Shown here: one piece after another, positions 1-10,257 of the stretch
How positions within the stretch are numbered: the first letter of the stretch is position 1
Layout: every line of letters starts with the position of its first letter
DNA from: Mycoplasmoides pneumoniae FH
GTDB taxonomy: Bacteria; Bacillota_I; Bacilli_A; Mycoplasmatales; Mycoplasmoidaceae
Length of the DNA stretch: 32,000 bases
Assembly: GCF_001272835.1 (NCBI RefSeq)
Contig: NZ_CP010546.1
Coordinates: 692,809-724,808, forward strand
Direction: 5' to 3'
Translations under genes and position numbers: made by a program
The notes under the pieces: model-generated
Databases searched by the model: none
Told to the model about the DNA's origin: nothing
What the model saw: the letters and a program-made list of their open reading frames with translations, nothing else

Positions 1-322
1 CTACGGCCACTAACAACAATAAGCTACCGACAACAAAGAAAGCAACAAATAGATTTTTCGTTTTTGCATGAGCGGGACTACCCACTTCAGCGTGTTTGTG
101 CTTATGTAGGAAGATGCCACCCAACAAACAACTCAAGAAACCAATGATTAACAACAAAATAACTAAAAGGCTAATTCCACCAGCAATTTGGAAAATGTTA
201 CTCGTTATTCCTTCGGCTTCATTGAAACCAGGAGTTTTACCACTAGAATTCTGGGAACCAAGCATTTGCTTTTGGAAGAAACGCGTAATAAAAGGAAAGC
301 TTAAAGCTAAATTTTGCAGCAT
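1..322 (-). CDS. Small membrane protein, C-terminal part outside window (MLQNLALSFPFITRFFQKQMLGSQNSSGKTPG...GGISLLVILLLIIGFLSCLLGGIFLHKHKHAEVG...NLFVAFFVVGSLLLVAV)
   Basis: Open minus-strand frame from ATG at 320-322 to the window edge, with two hydrophobic segments; upstream in-frame TAA before the ATG. The plus-strand 96..356 ORF is its antisense. Confidence 0.6.
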   Translation of the reverse strand, partial: MLQNLALSFPFITRFFQKQMLGSQNSSGKTPGFNEAEGITSNIFQIAGGISLLVILLLIIGFLSCLLGGIFLHKHKHAEVGSPAHAKTKNLFVAFFVVGSLLLLVAV

Positions 323-755
323 GAAAAATATTTGTTTGGAAATAACAAATACTTAAAACAACTAAAAAACCAATGCTGACAGTAGTAACGTTAACGCTAG
401 TTAATCTATCGTATCTTGGTTAGGAAATTTAATTGAAAAACTACCACAAACTTTTCAACACCCATTAAAGGCTTAAAAAGTTTCAACAATAAAAACTAAA
501 AACTCTACGCCATCACTGGCATAACAGGAAAATTTAATTTTTAAGCCTAATGCTAATTTCTTTTAAACCCTAAAAAATTAATTGGACTCGCTAATGAAAA
601 CGGTTTTAACTCGATAATCTAATGGTTTTATTACCTCTAAAGTGACCAAGCTTCTAATGGTTTTGAACTGTTTATTTCAATAAAAAATCACAGCATCTTT
701 TAATGAGTGAAGTGATTTTTTTAAATGCTGTATGTTTAGTAAATTAAGTAGTTAT

Positions 756-1976
756 CTAATACTCCAATCCCTTATACAACGGAAAACGTTCTAACAGTTT
801 TAAAACCGCTTTTTTTACTTCTTTAATAACTTTCTTATTACCGTCAGATTTAATAATCTTGTCAATTAAGGCAGCAACATAAAGGAAGTGCTTTTCCTTA
901 AAGCCACGAGTAGTCATGGCAGGTGTACCAATACGAATACCGGAAGGATTTATGGCAGGATTCTTATCGAAAGGAACCGTGTTCATGTTCAACACAATGT
1001 TGGCTTGTTGCAATCATTGTGAAACATCTTTACCCTTACCGACATCAAGCGAGAACAAGTGGGTATCAGTTCCGTTAGAAATGACGCGGTAACCTTGTTG
1101 TTTGAACCAACTAGCCATGCTCGCTGCATTGGTCTTAACGTTTTGGATGTACTGCTTGTATTTTGGTTGTAAAGCTTCTTTAAAACAAACATACTTAGCC
1201 GCAATTACGTGCTGTAAGGGACCACCTTGACAACCCGGAAAGACACCGCTGTCCAATTTGCGAATAATCGCTTCGTTATTGGACATAATTAACCCTCCCC
1301 GTGGACCGCGCAGTGTTTTGTGGGTAGTAGATGTAACCACATCAGCGTAAGGTAAGGGATTGGGGTGCAAGCCAGCTGCTACCAATCCCGCAATGTGGGC
1401 AATGTCCGCTAAAAGGTAAGCACCAACTTCTTTCGCAATTGCACTAAAGCGCTCAAAGTCAACGGTTCTCGAGTAATTGGAAAAACCGCAGATAATTAGT
1501 TTAGGTTTTACCTCCCGAGCAACACGTAGCACCTCATCATAGTCCAACATCTCGGTTTCGGGGTTGATGGTGTAGGAATAAGGCTGGTACTGTTTACCCG
1601 AAAAGTTAAATTTATTACCGTGAGTTAAGTGCCCACCACAGTTAAGGTCAAGCCCTAAAATGGCATCGCCAGGTTTAAGTAGAGCTAAGTACACGGCATA
1701 GTTAGCAGAAGAACCGGAGTGCGGTTGCACATTCGCTCACTTCGCACCAAATAATTCCTTACAGGTATTAATGGCTAAGCTCTCTGATTCATCAACTACC
1801 TCACAACCTTCATAAAAGCGTCTAGTAGGATAACCCTCAGCGTACTTATTGGTCAAAATGGAACCAGTGACCTCTAGGATGTCCCTACTCACATAGTTCT
1901 CTGATGCTATTAAACAAATGCAATCTCTTTGTCTTTGCAATTCCTTATTGAGGATTCTTCTAATCTTTGGTTCCAT
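756..1976 (-). CDS. glyA: Serine hydroxymethyltransferase, 406 aa
   Basis: Three track ORFs (756..1013, 1014..1730, 1737..1976) share one frame and join through UGA (Trp) codons. Motifs [46 protein letters not shown] (PLP-lysine region). Confidence 0.97.
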
Positions 1977-2041
1977 GGTCTTACTAATTTACTTTAATTT
2001 TGATCAACATATTGAAACTGTCGATTGTTACTCTTTTTAAT

Positions 2042-3378
2042 TTAATCACAAAGATGAGTGTAGTGTTGTTTGGCAAATTGGGTATAGTAATGGGTAGTAT
2101 TGCGGTTGCCAAAGATAAGATCATAACCAATGCTGCTCTAGTTCGGATTGAGGGAATTGCCCTCACCCTGAAAGCGCAGCATTTGGACTAAACCAACATC
2201 GTTACGAACAGCCTTCTTGGGATTAGTAATTACCGTAGCAAAATAGATTCCCACAATTTGACGCTTTTGGTTAATCACTAAAGAACTAGAAGTCCCTTTT
2301 CTTAGGTTAACCTGATCGATTCCTAAACCATGACCATACATCTGGTAGTTTTGCCCTAACCACTTATTCTTAATCTTGAATGACTTAGTGTGATCAAACG
2401 GTCAAGATAACTTACTACCAGAAAAGTGTTTTGTTTTAATGGTGGTAAGTTGATTGGTAGTCAAAGTAGGAATTTCGCGGTGGTGATCTACTGACCAAGG
2501 CTCTTTAAAAGTAACTTGAGCAACATCCTCTGGGCGAGTAGGTTTAACTTCAGTTTGGTTCAAGTTAAGTGCAGCAATATTGCTCTCTACTTGGGGATAA
2601 CCTAAAGCAAAATAGCTATCTCGCTTAAAGCTTGCCATAGGTTGGTAAGCAAAGATTCCCACACTGTTACCTAACCGTTCATAGGTATTGATGGCGGGGC
2701 GCATAAAGTGGTCATAGATCTGTTTATCCATTTGGTTGTGTAAAAAGAGTGGAACTTCTATGATCGCAAAATCCAAATAGCTTTTTGCTAGTGCAGGATC
2801 ATCTTCTGATGCACGAACTGGTGCTACCCACTGGTTACCGCGGTTTTGTAAGGGCACAAAGTCGCGTGCTACAAAGGCTGTTTTGGGAATAGTGGAAGTT
2901 TGTATTGACACAAAGGCGTTGCTTACATCAGTACGTAGCTTAAACAATTGAGGGTTAATATATTTCCCTAGACAAAATACCGTAGTTAAACTGTTGCCAA
3001 TGCTAGCTTTATTAAACGGTGCATAGTCCTTCGGATTGCTCAAAGCAACGGCAATATGCAGGTTAGTCGCTAAATAAAGATAAAACGGTTCGCTCAGGTT
3101 ATGTGTTCGCTTCGGTTTCTTTCAATCAATTAATCAACCAGTACCAAACACACGTCACTTGTTGTTGGCAAGCTGCATTGAAAAGCTCAAATCATACAGG
3201 TCGTGTAAAGCTTCTGACTTTTTGGGAATAGTATTAATGAGGTAATTAGTCTTTCACTCTTTACGTTTAACACCCCCCGCAGCTGTAACGGTTTTCAAAA
3301 GGAACTACAGCTATTTAGGGGAATTGCTACTAATAAAAGGGCAGGTAGCAGAGTTGACCTACGAACACGAAACGCAAA
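2042..3378 (-). pseudogene. Degenerate lipoprotein paralog (DUF31/MG067-MG068-MG395-like), copy 1 of the array
   Basis: Family blocks GTGWLIDWK, LYLATNLHIAVAL, SYLDFAIIEVPLF, YDLIFGNRNTTHYYTQFAKQH. Signal/lipobox segment (LLPALLLVAIPLNSCSS) lies in a different frame, no ATG at the expected start, in-frame TAG at 2138-2140 before the conserved C-terminal tail (TAA at 2042-2044). Confidence 0.75.
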
Positions 3379-3933
3379 TTAAACACTTAAGTTAGCTTAA
3401 GTCTAATATTTAAGTGAAAACAAGCCTTTTTGAATAAACACAGATAGTTGCAGAGGCAAAACTGACTTAAACATTCGCTTAAGTCAATTCAAGAAATAAG
3501 CAGTAAATGAGCGAATTATTTCTTTACTTCTTTTTTGAGTTTAGCCACAACCTTATGTTGTTTGCACGATAGTTTAAAGCAAACAAAAAACCACTAAGAA
3601 AAAACGAAAAAGAGGATGCTCAATTCCAATAACCACCAAACGGAGTGAAAGTGACCCAGACTAATACAAATAATGGAAATAGGCAACTCTGCCATGAAGA
3701 ACACAATGAGCAAAACGTTGTATATGTCTTACAACTTCATCGCTCGGACTAGTGGTAAAACTTACCATGCTTCGGTTTTGGTAGTTGATTGTTCAGTTAA
3801 CGAAGGTTGGTTGTGGATGAGGATTTGCCACAACTGCTTGGGGTGTTTGTGTACTGGGTATTGGGCTGCACAACGAACATTTGCAACTACTACCGGTCTG
3901 AGGTTGGTTTGGCTTTAGTTTCTGGTTTCACCA

Positions 3934-4263
3934 CTATTGGTTATCTTTGTGGATTGCTGATTGAGTATCAGTTGGACTTGTGATCAAAAGGCCTTCAAGC
4001 CGCAAAAACTCTTCTTCTTGGTTAATGTTTTTGCGCCATGTTTCCAAGAATCCCAAAAAGACTAAGACAAAGATAAAGGCAATAACAACTAGGGCAATAA
4101 CAAGGCTAATTGGCAGATAATATAGAAAAAACAGTGAAATAAAACCGAGTCAGATAATTAACGACACAACAAACAATCACAAATAACACTTGTGTAATTT
4201 TCGCGCTTTATTGAGATCACCAGTTTGAAGTTGATCAGTATTATTTTGTTCTTTGTTCTCCAT
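3934..4263 (-). CDS. Small hypothetical membrane protein, 109 aa
   Basis: Read with UGA=Trp: [109 protein letters not shown]. Missed by the standard-code track because of UGA codons. Confidence 0.65.
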
Positions 4264-4404
4264 TCAAAATTTTCCCTACATTATTTGTTATCTACTATCC
4301 TGTTTGAATTTCCAGATTTACGAACGCGTAATTTTAGCTAAGAGCTTTAAAAATAAGTCAAAAATGGAACTGTTAAACAGTTAAATTACAACAAAAAATA
4401 ACCG

Positions 4405-5760
4405 TTACGAAACCATTGAACAGGACACATTTTCGCGATCAATAAACTTAATTAACTGGTCATTACTTTGTTGAATTTGCTCATACAAATGGGTGTGGTG
4501 TTGCTTGGCAAATTGGGTATAGTAATGGGTAGTATTGCGGTTGCCAAAGATTAAATCATAGGGCACACAGTTGTCCTTTACCGTCGCTGTAGTACTTTCA
4601 TCAACTGGCAAGCGTAACAGTTGTACCAGAGTTTTTTCACCAGGTTTAGGGTCGGAATGACTAGCTACTGCAAAAAAGATGCCTGATATTTGTTGATCCT
4701 GATTGAAGACTAAACTACCAGAAGCGCCCCTGCGGATATACAAATCATTTAAGGCTAAGCCTTTACCATACTGTTCATAGGTTTGCTGATTAAACTTTTC
4801 GTCTAGTTGGTAATACTGGGCGGTCATACACGTGTGCTAGTGTATTGCCAGATGTTTGCCCCGTTTTATTCATTACCAAGGTTGGAATCTGACGCTATTT
4901 GTTCAAAGTTCAGAAGCTTTGGTTTTTAACTTTAATGCGGTCTTTAACCGGAACACTAGTTAAAGTGGCACCTGTTTGGTTAAAGTGAATCGCATCAATG
5001 TTACTCTCTAGTAAGGGATAACCGAGAGCAAAATAGGTGTCATTTTGTAAATCAGAAGATGACGTACTTGCAAACAAGTTTGTACTATCACCTAAGGCCT
5101 TATAGGTAGCAATGGCGGGTTTGATAAAGTTTTCCCATACTTGGTAATCCAACTTGTTGTTTAAGTACAAGGGTACTTCTAACACGGCAAAATCAGCATA
5201 AGGTTTTAAACCAACTTCCGGACAAATTTCATTTAAGGATTTCCAATGTTTATTGTCAAACCGATAATCAACAAAGTCCACCGCTGCATAAGCCATCTTT
5301 GGTAAAGCTGCTAGTTGGACATCAACAAATGCGTGTTTGACATTCGTGTACAGACCAAATAAACTGGGATCAGTGTATTTACCAATTCGAAAACTAGTGG
5401 TTAAATCTTGGGTATTATCGACTTGGTTATAAGGCGGGTAGTCGTGCGGGTTCTTTAAAGTGTCAGCGACATGGAAGTTAGTCGCTAAATAGGCAGTGAA
5501 CTTATTTTCGTTTGTACTAGTATCCTTTCAATCAATTAACCAACCAGTCCCGTAAGTATTTCACCGTTGTGACGTTAAAGTTAACGAAAAGCTTAAGTTA
5601 TAAAGCTGGTGGTAAAAGTCAGTTGGTTTGGGAACGGTATTAGTAGCCCACTTTGTTTGGTATTCAGCGCGCGGTACCTTTTCTAATTGCACAATCGTGG
5701 CACATCCACTAAGCGGTACGGCAAATAAACAAGACTAGCACTAACAGAAAAACGCCACAT
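4405..5760 (-). pseudogene. Interrupted lipoprotein paralog, copy 2
   Basis: Family blocks LSGCATIV, GTGWLIDWK, YADFAVLEVPLYL, RRGASGSLVFNQ, YDLIFGNRNTTHYYTQFAKQHHTHLYEQI. In-frame TAG at 4895-4897, frame change between the 4910 ORF (frame 2) and 4405 ORF (frame 1), signal peptide also split between frames. Confidence 0.7.
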
Positions 5761-5820
5761 ACACAAACCTAGACAATTTAATTTAAGTATTTTTTACCTT
5801 TGATTCGTTATCTACATATT

Positions 5821-7188
5821 TTAAACTAGGGTCTCGCGCAGATTTAATTTGCCCATAAAAGTGAGTGTTATTTTTTTTGCAAACTGGGCATAGTATTTTT
5901 TGGTATTGCTATTACCAAAGATTAAATCGTAAGCAACACTGTCTTTTTCTTCATTAAGAACACTTCGCGGTTTTCAGCGTAACAGCTGCGCTAGACCCCA
6001 TTCTTGTGTTTCAGTGATTCTACTAGCAAAGTAAATGGCCACAATCTGTCGCTTGTTATTTAAGACTAAGGAACCCGAAGCGCCACGACTTAAACTACCA
6101 TTAGTGATCCCAATTCCCTTGCCATACATTTGGTATTCTTTGCCACGAAACTGGCGATTAAACGGAAAGTTCTTGGTGTTATCATGGTTTCAAGCCCAGG
6201 TGCCACCATTAAACTTGTCACTTTTAATCCTACCCAAATGCGGTCCTTCTTCGTTAATTGTGGAAACAAAGGGCTGATCATTGGGTATTTGGGCTGTTTC
6301 ACCAGGCACTGTTTTTTCTTTCCCGGTTTGGTTTACAAATAAAGTTGGCAGCTTTTTCGCTATGTAAGGATAGCCCAGTACATAATAATGACTATGTTTA
6401 AACTGGTCTAAAGTTGGGTAGGCAAAAATGTTTAAGCTATCACCTAACTGTTTGTAAGCTCTAATTGCTGGTTGGATGAAATGATCAAAAATTTGTCGGT
6501 CAGATGAATTATTGAGAAATAAAGGTAGTTCTAATACCGCAAAGTCAGCATAAGGATGAACTTCATCTTTATTTGGCTTAATTTGTACCTTTCATTGCTG
6601 TTCTCTTTGTTTTTTATTCTTTTGATCTTTGGATAAAGTGTAGTTCACAAAGTCATGTGCAATGAAAGCAGTTTTAGGAAGTACCGTTGGTTGTGCTGCT
6701 ACAAAAGCTTGGGTAGAGTTGGGTAAGCCTAATTTGCTTGGTGCGACAAATTGTTTAACATCAGTGTATTTGCCAATTCTAAAATCAACGGTTCGCACAA
6801 AATTGATATCAAATTGGTTGTAAGGCGGATGATCTTCTCGGTTTTTTAAGGCCTGTATGACGTGTAAATTAGTAGCTAAGTAAACAGTAAATTTATTAGC
6901 TTTTTTATCTTTCTTGTCAACTTCCTTCCAGTCAATTAACCAACCCGTTCCGTGAATGGAACCAAAATCTATTTGACTTTTATCTTTCTCGGTTTTTTCA
7001 ATTCTGTTAAAAAAACCTAAAGAAAAGGTTAAATCATAGTTGGCATGATCGATTTCTGCACTACCAGGAATATTGTTAATGTAATACCCTTCGAATTTAT
7101 CAGGTTTTCGAAAGGCTGAACAAGCACTTAAAACAGTTAGTGCCAATAATCCACTAAGAAAACAAAAACGCTTGAGCGCAACTCACAT
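5821..7188 (-). CDS. Putative lipoprotein, DUF31-like, copy 3 (455 aa; C-terminus altered by frameshift at an A8 run)
   Basis: MWVALKRFCFLSGLLALTVLSACSAF (lipobox LSAC), GTGWLIDWKEVDKKD, YLATNLHVIQAL, YADFAVLELPLFL, SRGASGSLVLNNKRQIVAIYFA, YDLIFGNSNTKKYYAQFAKK; reads ITLTFMGKLNLRETLV* after the A8 run. Confidence 0.8.
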
Positions 7189-7262
7189 AAACGAGTAATT
7201 CTAATAAAGGGTTAAGGAGCCCTGTTTGCAGTGATATCCCAAAGGATTAAACCACAAAATTT

Positions 7263-8743
7263 TTAAGACTTTTGGTTTTTAACAAAGGTAAATTGTTGGT
7301 CGTTGCTTTGCTTAATTTGCTCAAACAAATGGGTTTTATGTTGTTTAGCAAATTGAGCGTAGTACTTTTTAGTGTCTTTGTTACCAAAGATTAAGTCATA
7401 GGCCACTGTGTTTGTGCCATCGTTATTATGGCCATTGGCTTTTCAACGCAGCAACTGAGCTACCCCTCAAGCAGTAGTGGTGTTACTAGTAGACGCAAAA
7501 TAAATGCCAGTAATTTGGTGCTTATCGTTTAACACTAAAGCACCACTAGCGCCACTTGTAAAACCAGCATTGTCCAAAACAAATCCCTTACCGTATTGTT
7601 GGTAATTACGACTTTGAAAAGTTTGTTCAAACCGAAATACCCTACTGTTGTCATAGTTTCAAACCCAGTTACTGCCATTAAAGTCATCACCTTGATTTCT
7701 AATTAGGGTTGGCTTTGCTATTGTCGATCGCACAATAAGGGGTTGTTCGTGGTTACTTTGTTGTACTGTTTGTCCATTTATTGTTGTTTCTGTAGATGTA
7801 TCTTTCTTAATTTGATTAACACTCAATACATTAACCTTGTTTTCCAAGAAGGGATAACCCGATAAATAATAGCGGTGGTTTTTGAGTTCAGTTAATGTTG
7901 GCTTGGCAAACAGCTTTAAGCTATTACCTAATTGCTCATAAGTTTTGATGGCTGGTTGGATAAAATGGTCAAACACCTTTTTATCAACTGGGTTATCTAA
8001 AAATAAGGTTAGCTCTAACACCGCAAAGTCAGCATAGGCAAGACTGTCTGATGTATTTGCTGTATTAGATTCCTTTTTATCATCAGCATCCTTTTGTTGA
8101 ATTCACTCAAACGGTTGGGTTTCCGCTTGCTCCTTTTGCTTATCGTTTTCTCCATCCTTTGGTTGCTTCTTTTTATTTTCTGTATCATTTTGCTTCTTTT
8201 TGTCTTTTGGCAAAGTGTAGTTGACAAAGTCATGCGCTGTAAAAGCGGTTTTGGGAATTACTGTGGTTTGGACATTAACAAAGGCTTGAGCATTATTGGG
8301 CAACTTAACTTGACTAGGTTCGACAAAATCACGAACGTGAGTGTATTTGCCTATTCGAAAAGCGGTCGTTCAATCGGCACTGGTATCAGAGTTTTTATAA
8401 GGATCGTAATCCTGTTGGTTTTTTAAAACGGCTGCGACATGTAAGTTGGTGGCTAAATAAACCCGAAAGGGTTCATTTAACCCCCCCCGCTACCTTTTCA
8501 ATCAATGAGCCAGCCAGTGCCAGAAAAGGCGCTAAAGTTATCTTGCCCATTGTTAGTAGTTTTATTAGTAAAAGTTAAAGCAAAGGTTAAATCATAGTTG
8601 GCACGGTGAATCGAACCACTACTAGGAATATTACTTACATAGAACTGATCCCACTTTTCTAGTGGCACTGCAGCACAAGCACTTAATACAGTTAAGGAAG
8701 CTATGCTAGCGAGAAAACCAAGGCGCTTGAAAGCCACAATCAT
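7263..8743 (-). CDS. Lipoprotein, DUF31-like, copy 4; reading frame interrupted only at a G8 tract (candidate phase-variable gene or pseudogene)
   Basis: MIVAFKRLGFLASIASLTVLSACAAVPLEKW... in frame 2 to TAA 8477-8479; rest of protein (NEPFRVYLATNLHVAAVL... YADFAVLELTLFL ... SGASGALVLNDKHQITGIYFA ... YDLIFGNKDTKKYYAQFAKQHKTHLF) in frame 0 to TAA at 7263-7265. Confidence 0.75.
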
Positions 8744-8806
8744 AATGGTGTTAATTCTAATAAAGAGTTAATTAGCTACTTTTACAACTAGCCACTAGTC
8801 GATTCA

Positions 8807-10184
8807 TTACCCCAAGTTATGCCTTTTAGTCTTTTCGACAAAGCGGAATTCATCATTGTTAATTTGCTTAATTTGCTCGTATAAATGGGTTTTGTGTTCT
8901 TTGGCAAACTGAGCATAGTATTTTGTGGTATTTTTATTACCAAAGATTAAATCATAAGCCACACTTCTAGCTTCATCATTGTGATAAGTTTCTGGTTTTC
9001 AGCGTAATAACTGTGCTAAGCCTAATTCATTGTTAGCACCATCAACGCCAAAGTAAATGCCAGCGATTTGTTTCTTATCATTTAACAACAAAGAACCAGA
9101 AGATCCACCGCCTAAATCAAGATGACTAATGCCTATACTTTGGCCATAGATTCGGTACTTTTTGCCCGAAAACTCAAGATAAACCTTAAATTTCTGGGAG
9201 AGATCATAGTTCAAAGCTCAGGGACTACCAGTAAAATTATCGCCTTTATTCCTAATTAAAGTGGGTTTAACTTGATTAGTTGAGATAATAGCTGGTTTTT
9301 CATGGGATATTTGTGTATTTTCGCCTAAATATTCCTTTCTTTTTTCCCGTTTGGTTAAGAAATAGTGATGACACTTTATTTTTTAAAAAAGGATAACCTA
9401 ACACATAATAGCGATTTTGTTTTAATTGATCCAGTGTGGGGTTAGCAAAAATGTTAAGGCTATCACCTAACTGTTTATAAGTGCGTATGGCTGGTTGAAT
9501 AAAGTGATTAAAGATTTTGCGATCTACTTTACTTTTCGAAAATAAGGGAATTTCTAAAATTGCAAACTCAGCAAAAGGCTGGACATCAGAATTCTTAGTA
9601 TGACTGTTTTTCACCCATTGTTGTTTTCTCTTTTCTTTATCTTTTTGTTCTTGAGGAAAACTGTAATCCACAAAGTCCCTAGCAGCAAAAGCGGTTTTGG
9701 GAATTACACTTGTTTGCACATTGACAAGAGCTTGCGCAGCATTGGGTAAACCAAATTGATTGGGTGAAACAAAATCACTAACCTTAGTGTATTTACCTAA
9801 CCTAAAGGTAGTAGTTCAACCAGCATCATCTTTATTTTTATAAGGTTCATAATCTTGCGGATTTATTAATGATGCTGCTACTTGTAAGTTAGTTGCTAAA
9901 TAAGCACGAAAGGGATCATTCTCTTTCTTTTTATCAGGTTCCTTTCAATCAATTAATCAACCAGTACCATATGTGACACTAAATTTAGCTTCACCGTTGC
10001 TAGTGATTCTATTAGTAAAAGTAAGCGAGAAGTTTAAGTCATAGTTGAATCGGTGGATTTCCGTACTACTAGGGATATTGTTAATGTAAAACTCTTGCCA
10101 CTTATCAAAGGCTGCACAAGCACTTAAAAAAGTTAAAGAGAATATGCTAACAATAAAACCAAGACGCTTGAAAACAACCAACAT
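8807..10184 (-). pseudogene. Lipoprotein, DUF31-like, copy 5; single frameshift at an A6 run; presumed catalytic His and Asp changed
   Basis: MLVVFKRLGFIVSIFSLTFLSACAAFDKW... frame 0 ends at TAA 9276-9278; conserved C-terminal half (GGGSSGSLLLNDKKQIAGIYFG, GNKNTTKYYAQFAKEHKTHLYEQI) in frame 2 to TAA 8807-8809. Confidence 0.65.
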
Positions 10185-10257
10185 CGTGGCTTAATTCTAA
10201 CAAAGGTTTAAGGAGTTAATTTTTAAGCAAAATCCCAAAGGTTTTAACTACAAATTT

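Noticed and set aside
96-356. Plus-strand ORF 96..356
   Set aside because: Antisense to a better minus-strand membrane-protein frame with a plausible start and hydrophobic segments.
360-755. Possible small RNA or terminator in the gap before glyA
   Set aside because: AT-rich with some short T/A runs, but I could not identify a convincing stem-loop or conserved RNA by eye.
756-1976. glyA as three fragmented genes/pseudogene
   Set aside because: Breaks are only UGA codons; code-4 reading gives an intact 406-aa enzyme.
2000-2191. Plus-strand ORFs 2000..2191, 13096..13293 and similar (QIGYSNG/QIGMVLFGK-type)
   Set aside because: They are antisense images of the conserved C-terminal block YDLIFGNxNTxxYYAQFAK in the lipoprotein copies; recurrence comes from the paralogy, not an independent gene family.
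3673-3918. Plus-strand 81-aa ORF (MEIGNSAMKNTMSK...)
   Set aside because: No recognisable family, no supporting signal, and the opposite strand is equally open; cannot be supported from sequence alone.
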